64,000 nucleotides of DNA. Origin: Paramecium tetraurelia (taxonomy: Eukaryota). Every line of letters begins with the position of its first letter. The first letter of the stretch is position 1. Under the pieces are notes generated by a model. That model was not told the DNA's origin, searched no databases, and worked only from the letters and a program-made list of their open reading frames with translations. The position numbers and the translations under genes were made by a program. The DNA is taken from NCBI GenBank assembly GCA_000165425.1, contig CT868407.1:385204-449203 (forward strand). The letters run 5' to 3'. Shown here one piece after another: positions 39,677 to 52,108 of the stretch.

Positions 39677-40690
39677 ATGATAAATAAAATCAAAGAGTAC
39701 ATCTCCAGCACACAACCTGTTGTTGATGCCTTAAAGGATCTGCACATCTATTCAAATGACAACCAATTCCAATCTCAATAACTAATCTCAAACAGATTAA
39801 GACCATTCTTTGAAAGTTAATAACGTAAGGTATGATTAATAAAAAATAATTTAGAAACTGTTTTTATAATCATTATTTGAAGAAGTCGAAAAAGAGAGCG
39901 TTTAGGAAGGCAATTTGTAAAGAAAATTTAAAATATTATTACTGTTGCACATCATCCTAAGCTCCTAAGTTGGTCGTTCAGAATTATCAAAAATCTTGAT
40001 TTCCAAACAATTGAACTTAAAAACCCCAAATTAAATTACCTCCAAATTAGGTTTGGTCTGTCAATAATATTATCATTATCTCTATAAATTGGCATCCCAA
40101 ACCACATTTATTCATGAAGAAGTCGTTGATGGAGATCTGCTATTGTACTTTACTCTATCCAATCAATGCTATATCGGAATGAGTATGCAAAAGATTATTG
40201 AAAATGTTGACTCATTCCAATCTAATCTCTTATTGGCAAACATTATCAAGTTCATCTATTATGATTTACAAGACATCTTTATATTCATCTTGAAAGACAT
40301 CAAAAGTCTTATAGAGAACAAAGAAGATATCCAGTATTCCAAAGAACAAATGCTGGAACTCTACAAAGAAGTAATGTAAATTATATTAATAAACTCTAGT
40401 GTTAGATCCTATAAACGAGAATGCTAGAATTCTATCGTTTCAACAGACATTTTGAACATTTTCAATAGATTATGCCTCCTTATTCTTTGCCAATCAATAA
40501 GGAATCAATAGGTTAGCTATATAGTAGTTAACCAAAAGTGAATTCATTGCAACAAATAATAAATTTGAAAGAAAATCAACTTGATAGGTAGTAGCCACAA
40601 ACATCAAAATAGAAAAACTCGCAAAAATTTGAGTTTCAAGAGAAGTGGAGAAAAAAATAGGATTCAACAGAATTTTTATTCTCAAATTGA
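39677..40690 (+). CDS. ANTH/ENTH-like helical domain protein (divergent)
   Basis: KFKILLLLHIIL, QQYYHYLYKLA, IYYDLQDIFIFILKDIKSLIE and MLELYKE..MLEFY occur in ANTH order. Two introns; TGA at 40688-40690. Confidence 0.55.
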
Positions 40691-40746
40691 TATTTTATTG
40701 AATTATAAATTTTTTTATGTAATGTACTTTATTTATAATATCATTT

Positions 40747-41752
40747 TCATTTCTTGGCTTTGGTGGTGGTGGTTGGAGCTTTTTGAGTTGGTTATGGGGC
40801 TGTCTTAGCTGGGGCTGTCTTGGCTGGAGCTGTTGTTTTTGCTGGAGCTGCAGCCTTGACTGGAGCTTAAGCTTTAGTTTGAGTGGCTTATTTTCCACCT
40901 TATGCTGGTTTGGTTGTAGCCTTGGTATCCTTAGCCTTAAAAATTGATGTTAATGATTACCTTTGGTTATTCTTTAACCTTTTCCTTGATTTCAGATGAT
41001 GCTTTTCTGTGTTTCTTGTGAGCCTCGTGAACATCATGAGCTAATTTTTTATATGCTTCCAATGCTTATTTGGCTTTGGTTCTTCTGGCTTATTCAGTCT
41101 TCTTTTGAATGGTCTTTCTTCTCAATCTTGATTCAGTAACAAGTCTTTGGATCTTTGGAGCCTTTTATCTCTTCTTTCCGTACCTTTGTGGTCCATGTTC
41201 TTCTGATGAGATTCTTTTTAAGACAATAGCAACACCCGGTCTGCTTTTTTGAATCCAAACAATCTTCTTAATTTGGTCAATCTCTTTGGACCCAATCTTC
41301 TTGGGACGTTTTGATCTGTAAGTCCAGCAATTTCATTGGCACCCTTCTTAACAACTTGTAAGGCAAGGACTCTAATATCTTAACCGACAATGCATCCTCT
41401 AATTGATTTTCTCTTCATCTCTCCGTCCTTTCTAGGTCTGTAACCCTTGTGTCCCTTTCTCATGAGAATTCTGACTCTTCCCTTGAAGAGGACTCCTTGT
41501 CTCATTGGGAAAAACCTTGTTTGTCGTTACCACCTGTAAATCTTTAACACATATTCCTTTATAATTCTTCACCGCAAGTTGTCTGCTTCTACAACTTGTC
41601 CCATTCTCTTGTCAAAGAAGATTGAGCTAAGGAATTCCATAGAAATTTTTACCATTTCTTGTCATCATCAATTTCGACTGTCTTTTAAGCACCAGTTAAG
41701 GGATAGGAAATATTGAACTAAACAAAGCATATTTTGTATATGTTACCTTCAT
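40747..41752 (-). CDS. RPS6: 40S ribosomal protein eS6 (reading frame broken by small insertions in this sequence)
   Basis: [70 protein letters not shown]. Three short introns. Confidence 0.97.
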
Positions 41753-41899
41753 AAAAATCTTTGGATTTTTTAAATTAGATTTAAAATTATGTGTTTCACA
41801 ATTTAATATTATCAAAGAGAGCACCACATCAATATGTATATATAAATATATTACAGAAAACCAAAGGATCACACACATTCCTGTTTCTACTTAAACACC

Positions 41900-42869
41900 A
41901 ATACCATTGTCTCATGAATTAAGTCTAATCATTTATAATACTAACGAGTCCATACAGAATCATTAAAGCACCTATCGCTTTCATCCTGCAAGATATTCTC
42001 TGTCAAATGAGCCTTCTCTTCATTTCAGCCCCTTAAGGAAAACTAGGTCTAAAAATATACAACTTTTTGTAATTATATTTTTATCAATTGTTATCTAAAT
42101 TATCGTTTCCTATTAAGCTACTGTCTTCTCTTTATTAAATTATATCAGCCTTGATACAAAAATCTTCTCTTGTTAAAATTATAACCAATAACTCTTAATG
42201 AGGGTTCCAAAAATAATAGTAATTTCTGCACTTATATTATTTATCTAATGATTGTTTGAAAATCTTTATATTCTAAATTTGAATAAATTAAGATTTTCAT
42301 TAACTTTTAATTGATCTAGTGATTAGTTGACTATGGTAATTTGAAAAATATAATTTTCTATTTTTATAGTTTATTTTGCAATTTTCTTTTGAATTTCTAA
42401 GGACTGGTCAATTTTATGATCATTCCAACTAAAGCAAAATACAAAATTGGAGTAATTTTATTGGATATAAAGGTTATCTGTTATGTCTAGTAAACATGTG
42501 ACTAATAATATTAAATCAAAAGAACACAGTGTTTTTCAAAGTGGACTATTGTTATTAGTATTTGGAAATATGAACCTACACATATTATATTTTATCCCCA
42601 GTACAATGATTTCTTTAATACTTTTCTTTATTAATTTGAAATGGTTTAAATTTTATCTATGCAAATAATTTATCGTCGTTATAGATTTATAAATAATGAA
42701 TCTATCTACTTTCCATATATAGATTGTTGTTATTCATTTATCCTTTCTTTTGATAATTATATTATTGCTTTACACAATCATATTTATTAAATGCAGTGTA
42801 ATTTTCATCTTATTTATATAATTATTCTAATTGTTATTGAATTATTTCAAATTCACTTAGTTATATCAT
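41900..42869 (-). pseudogene. Weak coding-like block (hypothetical gene or remnant)
   Basis: ATG near 42869 and long TGA-free stretches, but no clean gene model and no recognised domain. Confidence 0.25.
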
Positions 42870-42995
42870 TGTTTTAAGTATTAATTATTGATTATAGATC
42901 TATTCTAGAACAGTTATTGGTATTTAAAAGGATCAAAAATAGTTTTTAGATATTTGTATTTATTTTATTAGGATATTTGTTATAAATATTTTGAA

Positions 42996-43293
42996 ATGGG
43001 ATGTTTTTAGTCTAGAAATGAAAAATTGATTGAAGAACAAAAAGAACAAGCAGCGATGAATGAATAGGATAAAAGTACTTGAATTTCATTTATTAATAGA
43101 TAATAATTTAGATTTAGTGAGTTGTTCATGTTCAGAGAGTGCCATTAGTTAAAACAAATCTACTAAGAAGGTTTCAATAGAAGAATGCCGTAATTCTTTT
43201 AATAAAAGTATTGATTTGATGGAAGAGGTGAATAAGAAATTGGAAGCATTTTCAGGAAATGATTCAGATTTATCAGATAGCGAATTAAATTGA
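42996..43293 (+). CDS. Small (about 90 aa) protein with MGCxxS dual-acylation motif
   Basis: MGCFQSRNEKLIEEQKEQ, 25-nt intron at 43075-43099, ends DLSDSELN-TGA. Confidence 0.78.
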
Positions 43294-43343
43294 TAATGCA
43301 ATACATATACTGAATGTTGATATAATTAAATATACAATTATGA

Positions 43344-46180
43344 TCATTAATTTGCTGATTCAATAATCTCTTCATATTTCTTGATACTTAAGTTAATATT
43401 TCCTAATTGAAGTGACAAGGCTCCATCTGAATAATTGTTTAACGACTCATAAATTGGTTTAACAATGACTTTTAAGAATCCAGCTTCATTCTTTGCATAC
43501 TAAACTTCGTTATCTAAATTACGTAGATATGGTGTTTAAGCAATGCCAATGATATCCTCTAATTAGGACTAATTTAGATGATAATTCAGAATATTACTTA
43601 AGCCTAAAATTCCTTTCTTAATCTTTCACTCCATGCTCTTGCTACCTGATATTGTTTTGCCGCACCAAAGAAATCAGCTGCATGTGTTAAGAACCCACTT
43701 AGTAATAGTTTATTTTCTTCAGTTTCTAAAGTATTATTATGTATATGTACCAAAAATTTTGGGATCTCCTTTAGATTATCCAAATCGAATTTCAATATCA
43801 TTTAACAGATTAAAGTGATACTGATTATCAGTAGCCAAAATATTATTTACAACATATTTTCTTATGGTTATTCTATCCTATTTTGGTATTGTGCCAAAAA
43901 AGTCACATTGTTTGTGTGCTAATAATTTATAAGTTACTGCAACATGATGATTTTCAAGAACTGACTTATCATTGTATAGTAATGCTAGTTTAGTTTAAGC
44001 ATTCACTTAAAATAAATTAGTAGTTCCAGAATGATCTACATCATGACACAATCCAGCAAAAGTCATAGCATATCTTTACAAATCTGAAAAATAGCAGCCA
44101 AATTTTTAATGATGACCAAATAAATAACATCCATGCATAACATTGACTCCATGAGTAAAGTTGTGAAATGGATTCGATTTTTTATTATACTTATATTTCA
44201 ACACTGTTATGAAATTAATAAATTCTTTAGTCAGCAAAGGATACTACTTTGTATATTCGCACATGTGAAATAGGTTATAAGCAATGATGAATTTATTTTT
44301 ATACATTTTCTTATTTAGTAGGTTAAATTCGTAATCTAGTAATTTTTACTATAAATTTGGGTCTATTGCAATTCTTCTAAGTTCAGGATTTTTGTTATCT
44401 TCTTCATCCTTCTTGTTCAAGAATGTTTATAATTTTTTTGTCGCCTATTTCATAGTATAACTTCGATATTTCTCTAAGTCTTAATCATGATCTTGATTAT
44501 GAGTTTAAGTAATTCTATTCCTGTCCTAGTCTGGAAGGTACATAACTAAGGCTGATTATCTGAGAAATTGATTTTCCATCATTAGCTATTTCGATTTAAA
44601 GGCCAAGGTTGCCTTTCTTATTGTAAGTAAGATCTTCACTTTGTTCCTAAATATCCTAAATAATTCAGCCAGGGGTCTATGTATTGAGAATGATTTATTT
44701 ACCTTTTCACCTAGATGTTAAATAAAAAGATGGATATTTATTTGATTTGCTGTTTAAATCCTCTTTCTATCTTTAAGGAGAACTTAAAAAAGCCATCATT
44801 AAATTCCAAATGATCGTTTGGAGAGTCAATAATCTCTTTTACTTTTTAAATAATGGTGGGGTTTTAATCAAATATTTTATAAATGGGATCCCCATAATTG
44901 ATTTCTTTGGGTAGACTATATTTTGAACTAGATTGATAATATTTCTATTAAATACACAAATTGATCGTGGTTCCATTGAACGGTCATGTAATATAGGTTC
45001 AGGTAATTGTTGAAGAATAAACACATAATCATTTCATTGTGTTAAGTAACCTGTTAGAATGATTCTAATAGGTCTTTTTTTGATTTCAGTTTTTTCTTAT
45101 ATTTTTTGATTGACTTTTTAAAGGTGCTTTTGACTTTATCTACTAATTGAAGTGATAGTTTGCCTTCTAATTCGATGCCAATAATATCTAAATCGCTTGA
45201 AAGTAGTATTAATAAATAATTAGAAACAGTCTGTTGTTTGGTCAATTCCTTTTCGAACTGACACAATAAATTTGATAAATTAAACTATTGCATGATCTAG
45301 ACTAATATTTGGAACATCAATTTATAATTATACAATAAAATGGTTTTGGAGACTAATTATAGAATTTCTGTTCTAATGGATTACATCTTCTTTAATCCTA
45401 CAATTTAGTAACCTTAGTAAATCAAATTGATAAATTTATCATAAAGAAAAGTAGCCATGAAATACTATGAATAAGTTTTATTGACATTGTCGCTAAAAGT
45501 CAAAAATAGGACAGCATGCTGTGAGATGATGTACTACTTTGGGAGATTGTGAGTTTTCAGTAAAGAGTGATGTTCTGTTGAGGTGTTGTTTAGTTGATGA
45601 GCATTTTATTTGTGTGCCCAAGAACTAATTTTGTATTCTTCTTTAAAGAATCTGAAATCGAAATTATTTGTAAGAATAACACATTAATGTCCTTCTTCAA
45701 ATTGAATCAAATAAAATTCTTCCACATAAAATTGTTTTAAGACTATTTTGATCAAATCTTTAACTTCTTGCAAGTGATGTTGTGCTTTAAAGCATTCCTC
45801 ATAAATTTCGTTCATGTTGGTCTAAAATAATTGATATCAATTGGAATACCTTGATATCTCTATAAAATTCCTTTATTTTCCCTTTCAATTACGAATTGAC
45901 ACTGACAACAGATTCACTAAGTTAATTGAAAATAAAAGTACAAATATGATTTAATTATATGTTCGCATCCATTTCTATCATTGAGAATGATTGAAACTCC
46001 TGAGAGAAAATCATTTTAAGACAAACCCTTTTCATAATCCACAAATAGTTATTTCAATTCAGCATTATCATTAATGGCATAATCGCAAAGACGAGTATAT
46101 TGATCAGGTGTTATTAATTTTTTATTTTTCAGACTTATTAGTAGAGCAGTTAATCGACTTGATTAAGCTAAATAACTCAT
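43344..46180 (-). CDS. Class I 3',5'-cyclic nucleotide phosphodiesterase with long N-terminal region
   Basis: NPFHNFTHGVNVMH, LCHDVDHSGTTN, LALLYNDKSVLENHH, ILATDNQYH, THAADF, W.ERLRKEF..Q, GFLKVIVKP. Several introns. Confidence 0.93.
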
Positions 46181-46370
46181 ATAATTATATTATAATATTT
46201 TTATAAAAGTTATGATAACTTACAAATTAAGCCAGAAAGATGATGGATGATTAATCCATTTTCATTACTCCCAAATACTCCAATGGCTAATGAAAATTAT
46301 GAAGTGGTTCTATAATAGATAATTTATATATATAAAAATAGTTAAACTTAAAACAAATCTATACTTTTTT

Positions 46371-47555
46371 TCACTATTAAATTTATCTTTCCCTAACTGA
46401 ATTAATTTTATTAACCATATTTAATTTCCAATTCCTCGTTTTTGGAGAGATCAGTTCCTTGTCAATTTATTGAAAATCACTTGAAGATAAAAATGTATTA
46501 GATACTGTTTGAATGTAGTCATGAATTAGCCCTAGAAGGCAGGAGTTGTAAGCACTTGGGTTGCTTTTGGTTGTGGACTTAATGGATAATAGTCGATTGA
46601 TGCTCGTTATTTGGTAAAGAAGATATCAGAATTGGAAATTGGATTCCTATCATAATCTATTGGTTGTACAATTTAGAATAACTATTTTTGAAATTTGGTA
46701 ATCGTTCATAATGCTGATGCCATTTATAGTCTAGATTATAATTGGAATTTCCATTCAATTGCAACTTTCCTGTTGTGGAATTACTTGGTGCCTTCATTAA
46801 TTCTGGTATTTCTGGTTGTTTGAAGTTGATGTGATTAGCCTAATGATTACAAAATTAATGAACACTTTATATGTGGTTAATGCAGCCAAGGCAAGGACAC
46901 TTCGTTCTGAGGTAGGCTTGAATGATTGGGTAATATCATTGGGTATTGGTTTCTAAAAATACTATTTGTAAGTAGTAGTATTTTAATTTTGCGAACTGTA
47001 TTATTTATAATCTTCATATATTCTGGAGTCTATTCCTATTTTTCGATCCACAGATTTCAGAGTGAAATCTTTCGAATATTGTGTTTAAAACTTTTAGGGT
47101 AAAACAAAACGTGACATATTCAAGTCTCCAATAGCCCTTTCCTACAAGTATAATCCTAGTAGGTTATAAAAATAATCTTTGTTATCCTCCAATAATTTCT
47201 CGACGGTAGTTTCTAGCAATAATTCTTGTGGGATGATTTCTAGCCAAATTGGATCAGTGGGGGGGATTTCAATACCATCAAATACATCCTAAGAAATACA
47301 AGGAATGGAATTCGAGGTCTAAGAGCCAATATTACTATGGGACTTGATTGTGATTGTCTCAGTTTTATCTGTTTTCTACGATTTATCATCTTTTTATGAG
47401 ACATCCTAATTTCCTTTTTGAGGCAGTTGATTCAGCGTATTGTTGCATATTTTCTTATTCTTCTTTTTTAAAAGAATAGTTTTTCGAGAGAGTTGCGGTC
47501 CTATAATGTTTGGAGTATTATTGGATAGAACTTATCGTAATTAATCTGATATCAT
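46371..47555 (-). CDS. Hypothetical protein with repeated [TS]x[YF]xx[DY][FY] motifs (SAXO/STOP-like)
   Basis: TQYSKDF, TTYKQYF, TTYK, SNYNLDY and TTFKHDF spaced through the C-terminal half. The intron model is only partly resolved. Confidence 0.55.
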
Positions 47556-47882
47556 ATTTATTTGATATTTTATGTTTCATCTTTTGATTAGATTTAAAAA
47601 GATAATACAATTATATGATGAAAATCACATAAAAATAGAGATGATTTGATAAACTTCATTAATTTTTGTTAGATGGAATGTCGTTTAACAAATTTGAGAC
47701 AAATAACAGTGAATGAAGAAGGGCTGGGACATAGTGTGGTTAAGTAACAGAATGCAAATTGAGTTTGAGATTTACTTCGATTAAGGAAGAGTAGTATTAG
47801 TATGAAATAGTTTAGAAATAATAATATTAGATTTCTATGCAAACTTAATATTATTTTAATTATTAGAAAAACGACTTATATA

Positions 47883-48122
47883 ATGAAAGTCATAATTGCC
47901 TTGCTCTTAATATCGTTAGTGTTAGCCGAACCTAATTTAGTGGGACAGGAATCATAAGCTAAAATTCATACATTTTTAGGGAAGGAGAACTGCAGTGATT
48001 GCGAAGTGAAGGGAGGTTCATATTGTGAAATCAGAACAAATACTTATGTATGTTGCAGAAGCGATGATCAATGTTAAAAAGGAGTGGGCTGCTTATAAGC
48101 ATTTACTGGCATCATATGTTGA
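47883..48122 (+). CDS. Small secreted cysteine-rich peptide precursor (79 aa, 8 Cys)
   Basis: MKVIIALLLISLVLA-EPNLVGQESQAKIHTFLG-KENCSDCEVKGGSYCEIRTNTYVCCRSDDQCQKGVGCLQAFTGIIC-TGA. Intronless, with three TAA=Gln codons. Confidence 0.85.
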
Positions 48123-48176
48123 AAAAATCATCATTTAATATTAAATATATATATATATGCATTTCATTTAAGCCAA

Positions 48177-49583
48177 TCAATTACTTGATTTAATTCTTCT
48201 TCAGACCAATCCCAAAGATCTTTAAATTTGTTGTCAGTGAATTTTTCTAAGAATGAAGTAAATAGGCCTCTCATCTTGATTTCTTAGATTGAAGGTATTT
48301 CAGCAAAATCTAATTACTCATCCATATTGTATTAGTCTTGATTGTCATTAGATAGATTTTCAGATTTCTAATCAGATTAGTTTTAATCCTCATTATAACG
48401 ATCATTTTATTGAAATTGTTCTTATTCACTATCTTCAATTTGAATGTCTTCCTCAATGACTTCTTCAACATCAACTTCAAAATCTTATTTATATTTTTCA
48501 CTCAAGATTTCATCGGTTGATTGATTTAGATCAGACTGTTCCATAGATTTGGTTTACTTTAAAAACTCAAGTTATTTTTGCAATTCCAAAATTTTTTCAT
48601 CTTTTTGCTAACTTAATTCAAGAGAACTTCTATAAAGACTTTTCAGACAATTAATGGGAGTATGTTATTCCATGTCATATTATTTGTATACTCTCTTACA
48701 ATATTCACAAATAATGTCCTTAAATTCGCATTGCTTAAAATGTTCATCAATTTCTACGTGTTAAAACTTTTCTTGACACCATTCACATAATATTGGTCTA
48801 CAATTACATTCTTGTAACTAAATTAAATTTCAATTCATACATGCAATTCAATATCCATTCTAAGCTTATCCTCTGAACAATATTTACATTAAACTATGCC
48901 ATATCTACATTCTAATTGATGATCTTCAAAATCTTTACGAAACATAGTCTCATAACAACCGGCATTCTCACAACTCTATTCCTAGTATTAACAATACTGA
49001 TTCTCATGCTTTTCACGAAAGTCATAAGATATAATTTCCTCACATCCTTCTGACTTATTTTTAAATAAATATATACGCTATATCTGCAAGTTAACATCAA
49101 TTTACTTAACAAATTGAGCATTACCTTTGGCACTTTCCCATACATACACTCGTTCCTTTTATTAACTCCCTTTCGACAACATGGACATTATTGATTTACA
49201 CTTTTTTGGAACCTAAAACATTTCTCAATATTAAAGTACCATCTCTCTATGCAAATGCTACAAAAGGCTTGATCACATTCTTTGCAAATCTTGGGATCAA
49301 TGATTATATGAAAACATATTGGACAAATAACTTCATCCAAAAATACTTTGACCTCTTACAAATTTACTATTCTGCTTTGATCTATTAACTATACATCTTG
49401 GTATTAGTCCTCGTAATCAGAATATGAATCAGCTGAATCCTCAAACATGCCCTATCGAACTTAATAATCAGAAAGACTTCTTTGAGAGGTATTGGCAATT
49501 CTTTCTGATTATTCCAAATCCTAAGCCGAAACATAGTCAGAACCGTTCTCCTCCGATTCTTGAATTGCATAAGGATAGTACAT
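48177..49583 (-). CDS. RING finger plus TRAF-type zinc-finger protein (putative E3 ligase)
   Basis: ICPICFHIIIDPKICKECDQAFCSICIERW...CPCCR, followed by repeated CxxC...H...C fingers and an acidic tail. TGA at 48177-48179. Confidence 0.85.
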
Positions 49584-49684
49584 TTTCTCTTTAAATAAAA
49601 ATAAATTTAATCATACATAATGTCAATTTTCGATTTGATAGAAATTATAATATACTGCTCTCATAACTTAATAAATTAAATTAT

Positions 49685-50553
49685 ATGTTAGATAACTTAA
49701 ATCAGGATGTCTCAATCCTCCAACCCTCCCTCCAAATGACAGATTCCTAAGTTCAGAATAGAATTCGACAGATGAAGATGGAAGACCCAGACGATCAGAC
49801 CTGCTATCAGAGATTCTGCAATTTATTCACTATAGAGTAAGCCCATCTTGCATATATATATTAAGGTATTACCGTGAATATTTCGATGTCACAACCGATT
49901 TGGTCATTGCCAAGGTTGTCAATGCATTCAACCCCTTCTCCGGAACCTTTTTCGACATCGGTGGAGGAATACCAGAATTGTATGGACCATTCTGGATTTT
50001 AAATACGTTAATCTTCACCACAGCATTGTCTGTCAATATCATCAAATACATGCAATTACAACCAGGGGAGCATTTCGAATATCAATTTCAAATCGTACCC
50101 ATCCTTACCATATTCATGTATCTCAAAACTCTCATCGTCCCCATGATATACAGAGTGGCACTTAAATGTGTGTCACAAGATCGTCTCACTCTTTTGCATT
50201 GCTTTACTATCTATGGCTATTCAGCCGTAGTCATGATTCCCATTTCACTGCTCAATTCAATTCCCAATCCTGTAAATTAATGAATTAAATATCAAAAGGC
50301 AATACAATGGATGCTGTTGGTCTATGTTTTGTTTGCCCAGACTTCATTTCTGACTTCGAATTTCAATTAGGAATTAAAGTATTTGCCCAAAGAAAAGAAA
50401 TATATGATTGTCGGACTTGTTGCAGTCGTATAGATCACTATAATGATTTTGTACAAATTCTATTTCTTCAGTTCAATCAATTATCAACAATTGGGATTAG
50501 TTAAAAAAAGAACGACTACTCATTTACTATCACATATTTTGGGCGCTAATTGA
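49685..50553 (+). CDS. Yip1-domain protein (YIPF1/2-like)
   Basis: FTIEYYREYFDVTT...PELYGPFWILNTLIF...IYGYS; multi-TM; two introns; TGA at 50551-50553. Confidence 0.9.
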
Positions 50554-50579
50554 AAAATAATAATACTATTATAATATTT

Positions 50580-52090
50580 ATGATAAACAATTGCAGCCAT
50601 TAAAAGGTGGGTTACCTTCTCGAAAGATCTGACATTAAGGAGGTCTGTGACTTGTGTTACGACATTGATTGTATAGAGTCTCACAAGTTTGTTTAAAAAG
50701 TTGAATTGTCAGATTTCATTTCCAAGACACTTCCACTATTAACGAAGTTCTCTTAAATTTTATTTGATTAATTGCCCAATGCCATTTCCAGTCTCACTTA
50801 ATAATTGGGTTCCATTTATGAAAGACTAATTTTTGAATCCCCCAAAAAGCAAATACACAGCATGATCGAGATTTTATAAAACAAGGACGATAAGTACTTC
50901 GCCCAGTTATTGGACTTTTATATAACTCGGAATCACATTCAATTGATCAAAGAGAAATTAAATGAAGTGTGCAATGTGTACAATATGGTCAAAAAATGTC
51001 AAGACCAATTTCAGCCAAATTAATCTGATACTCTTGAAATCTAAGATCAAAAATCAAAGAACAAATTCGAGAAGATAAGAATATTATTTTCTAAAAAGGA
51101 TGAGTCGTTAATTTAATAATTGCCTTTGATTGATCTCAATAGCAAAAACATAGAATTAACACAGAATTTTGAAATACCAACAAATTTTAAGTTCAAAAGA
51201 TTGTACAGCATCACCTGGCTAAATGATAAATTTATAGGCATTGCAGCTGGAGAATTTCATCCCTTCATCATTTATGATCCAATCAAAAAATATGTTCATT
51301 AATAAATTGTTGAAATGAAAAATGGAGTCTATGATTCTATTGTAGTTAACTCAACCTAAATTGTCTTGGCTTATGTGAGAAACTTAAAATTATTTGATTT
51401 TGTAAATGGAAAATTTGTAGCCAACTTACTTGAGTTCCAAGAATCACAAAGTACACCTAGTAAACTATATTATTGCAAACAATCCAATTCTGTATTCGCA
51501 TCCAATAATTTTAATTAATTAAGTCCCGTTAATTATATAAATCGATGGAAACTAGATAATGGATAACTCATTAAATATGAAATACAAGCCAAGACTTATG
51601 GACCCTTGTGCATTATCAATGATAAATAGCAATTTTGTTCCAGTCTTTGGTGGGATAAGAACAAAAAATCATAAAGAAATAATTATATTTTTATCTGGAA
51701 ATATGATAAGAGTGAACCCATCAAATAGATCAATACCAAAGAACCTTAATATGCTATGAATATCATTGATAATGAGATTATTGGGTTTGGCACAGAAATC
51801 ACTTTCTGGAATCTCTAGAACTTTAGGCAAACTAAGAAAATTAAATTTCCAGAAGATAGACTCAATCCCTGGAATTCATGTGTTATTGATGAAATGATTA
51901 TTTTGGGTTGTGAAAATGGAAGTATGCTATTATTGTATAACTAGACATCTGGGTGACAAACAAAGGATTTGATAAATGGGAAAAGTTGATGAAAATGAGA
52001 GCAAAAACTATGAAAATTCATGAATATAATGGAAAACTAGTAATTACTGCATTAGATTGTAGTTTTTGCATCTTTTAAATTAAAAATTGA
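50580..52090 (+). CDS. Hypothetical protein: N-terminal Cys/His motif, helical region and C-terminal WD40-like repeats
   Basis: MINNCSH...VCDLC; later YSITWLNDKFIGIA, LKLFDF, ITFWNL, ILGCENGSM, LVITALDCSFCIF. TGA at 52088-52090. Confidence 0.65.
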
Positions 52091-52108
52091 TCAAGCATTT
52101 TATATATA

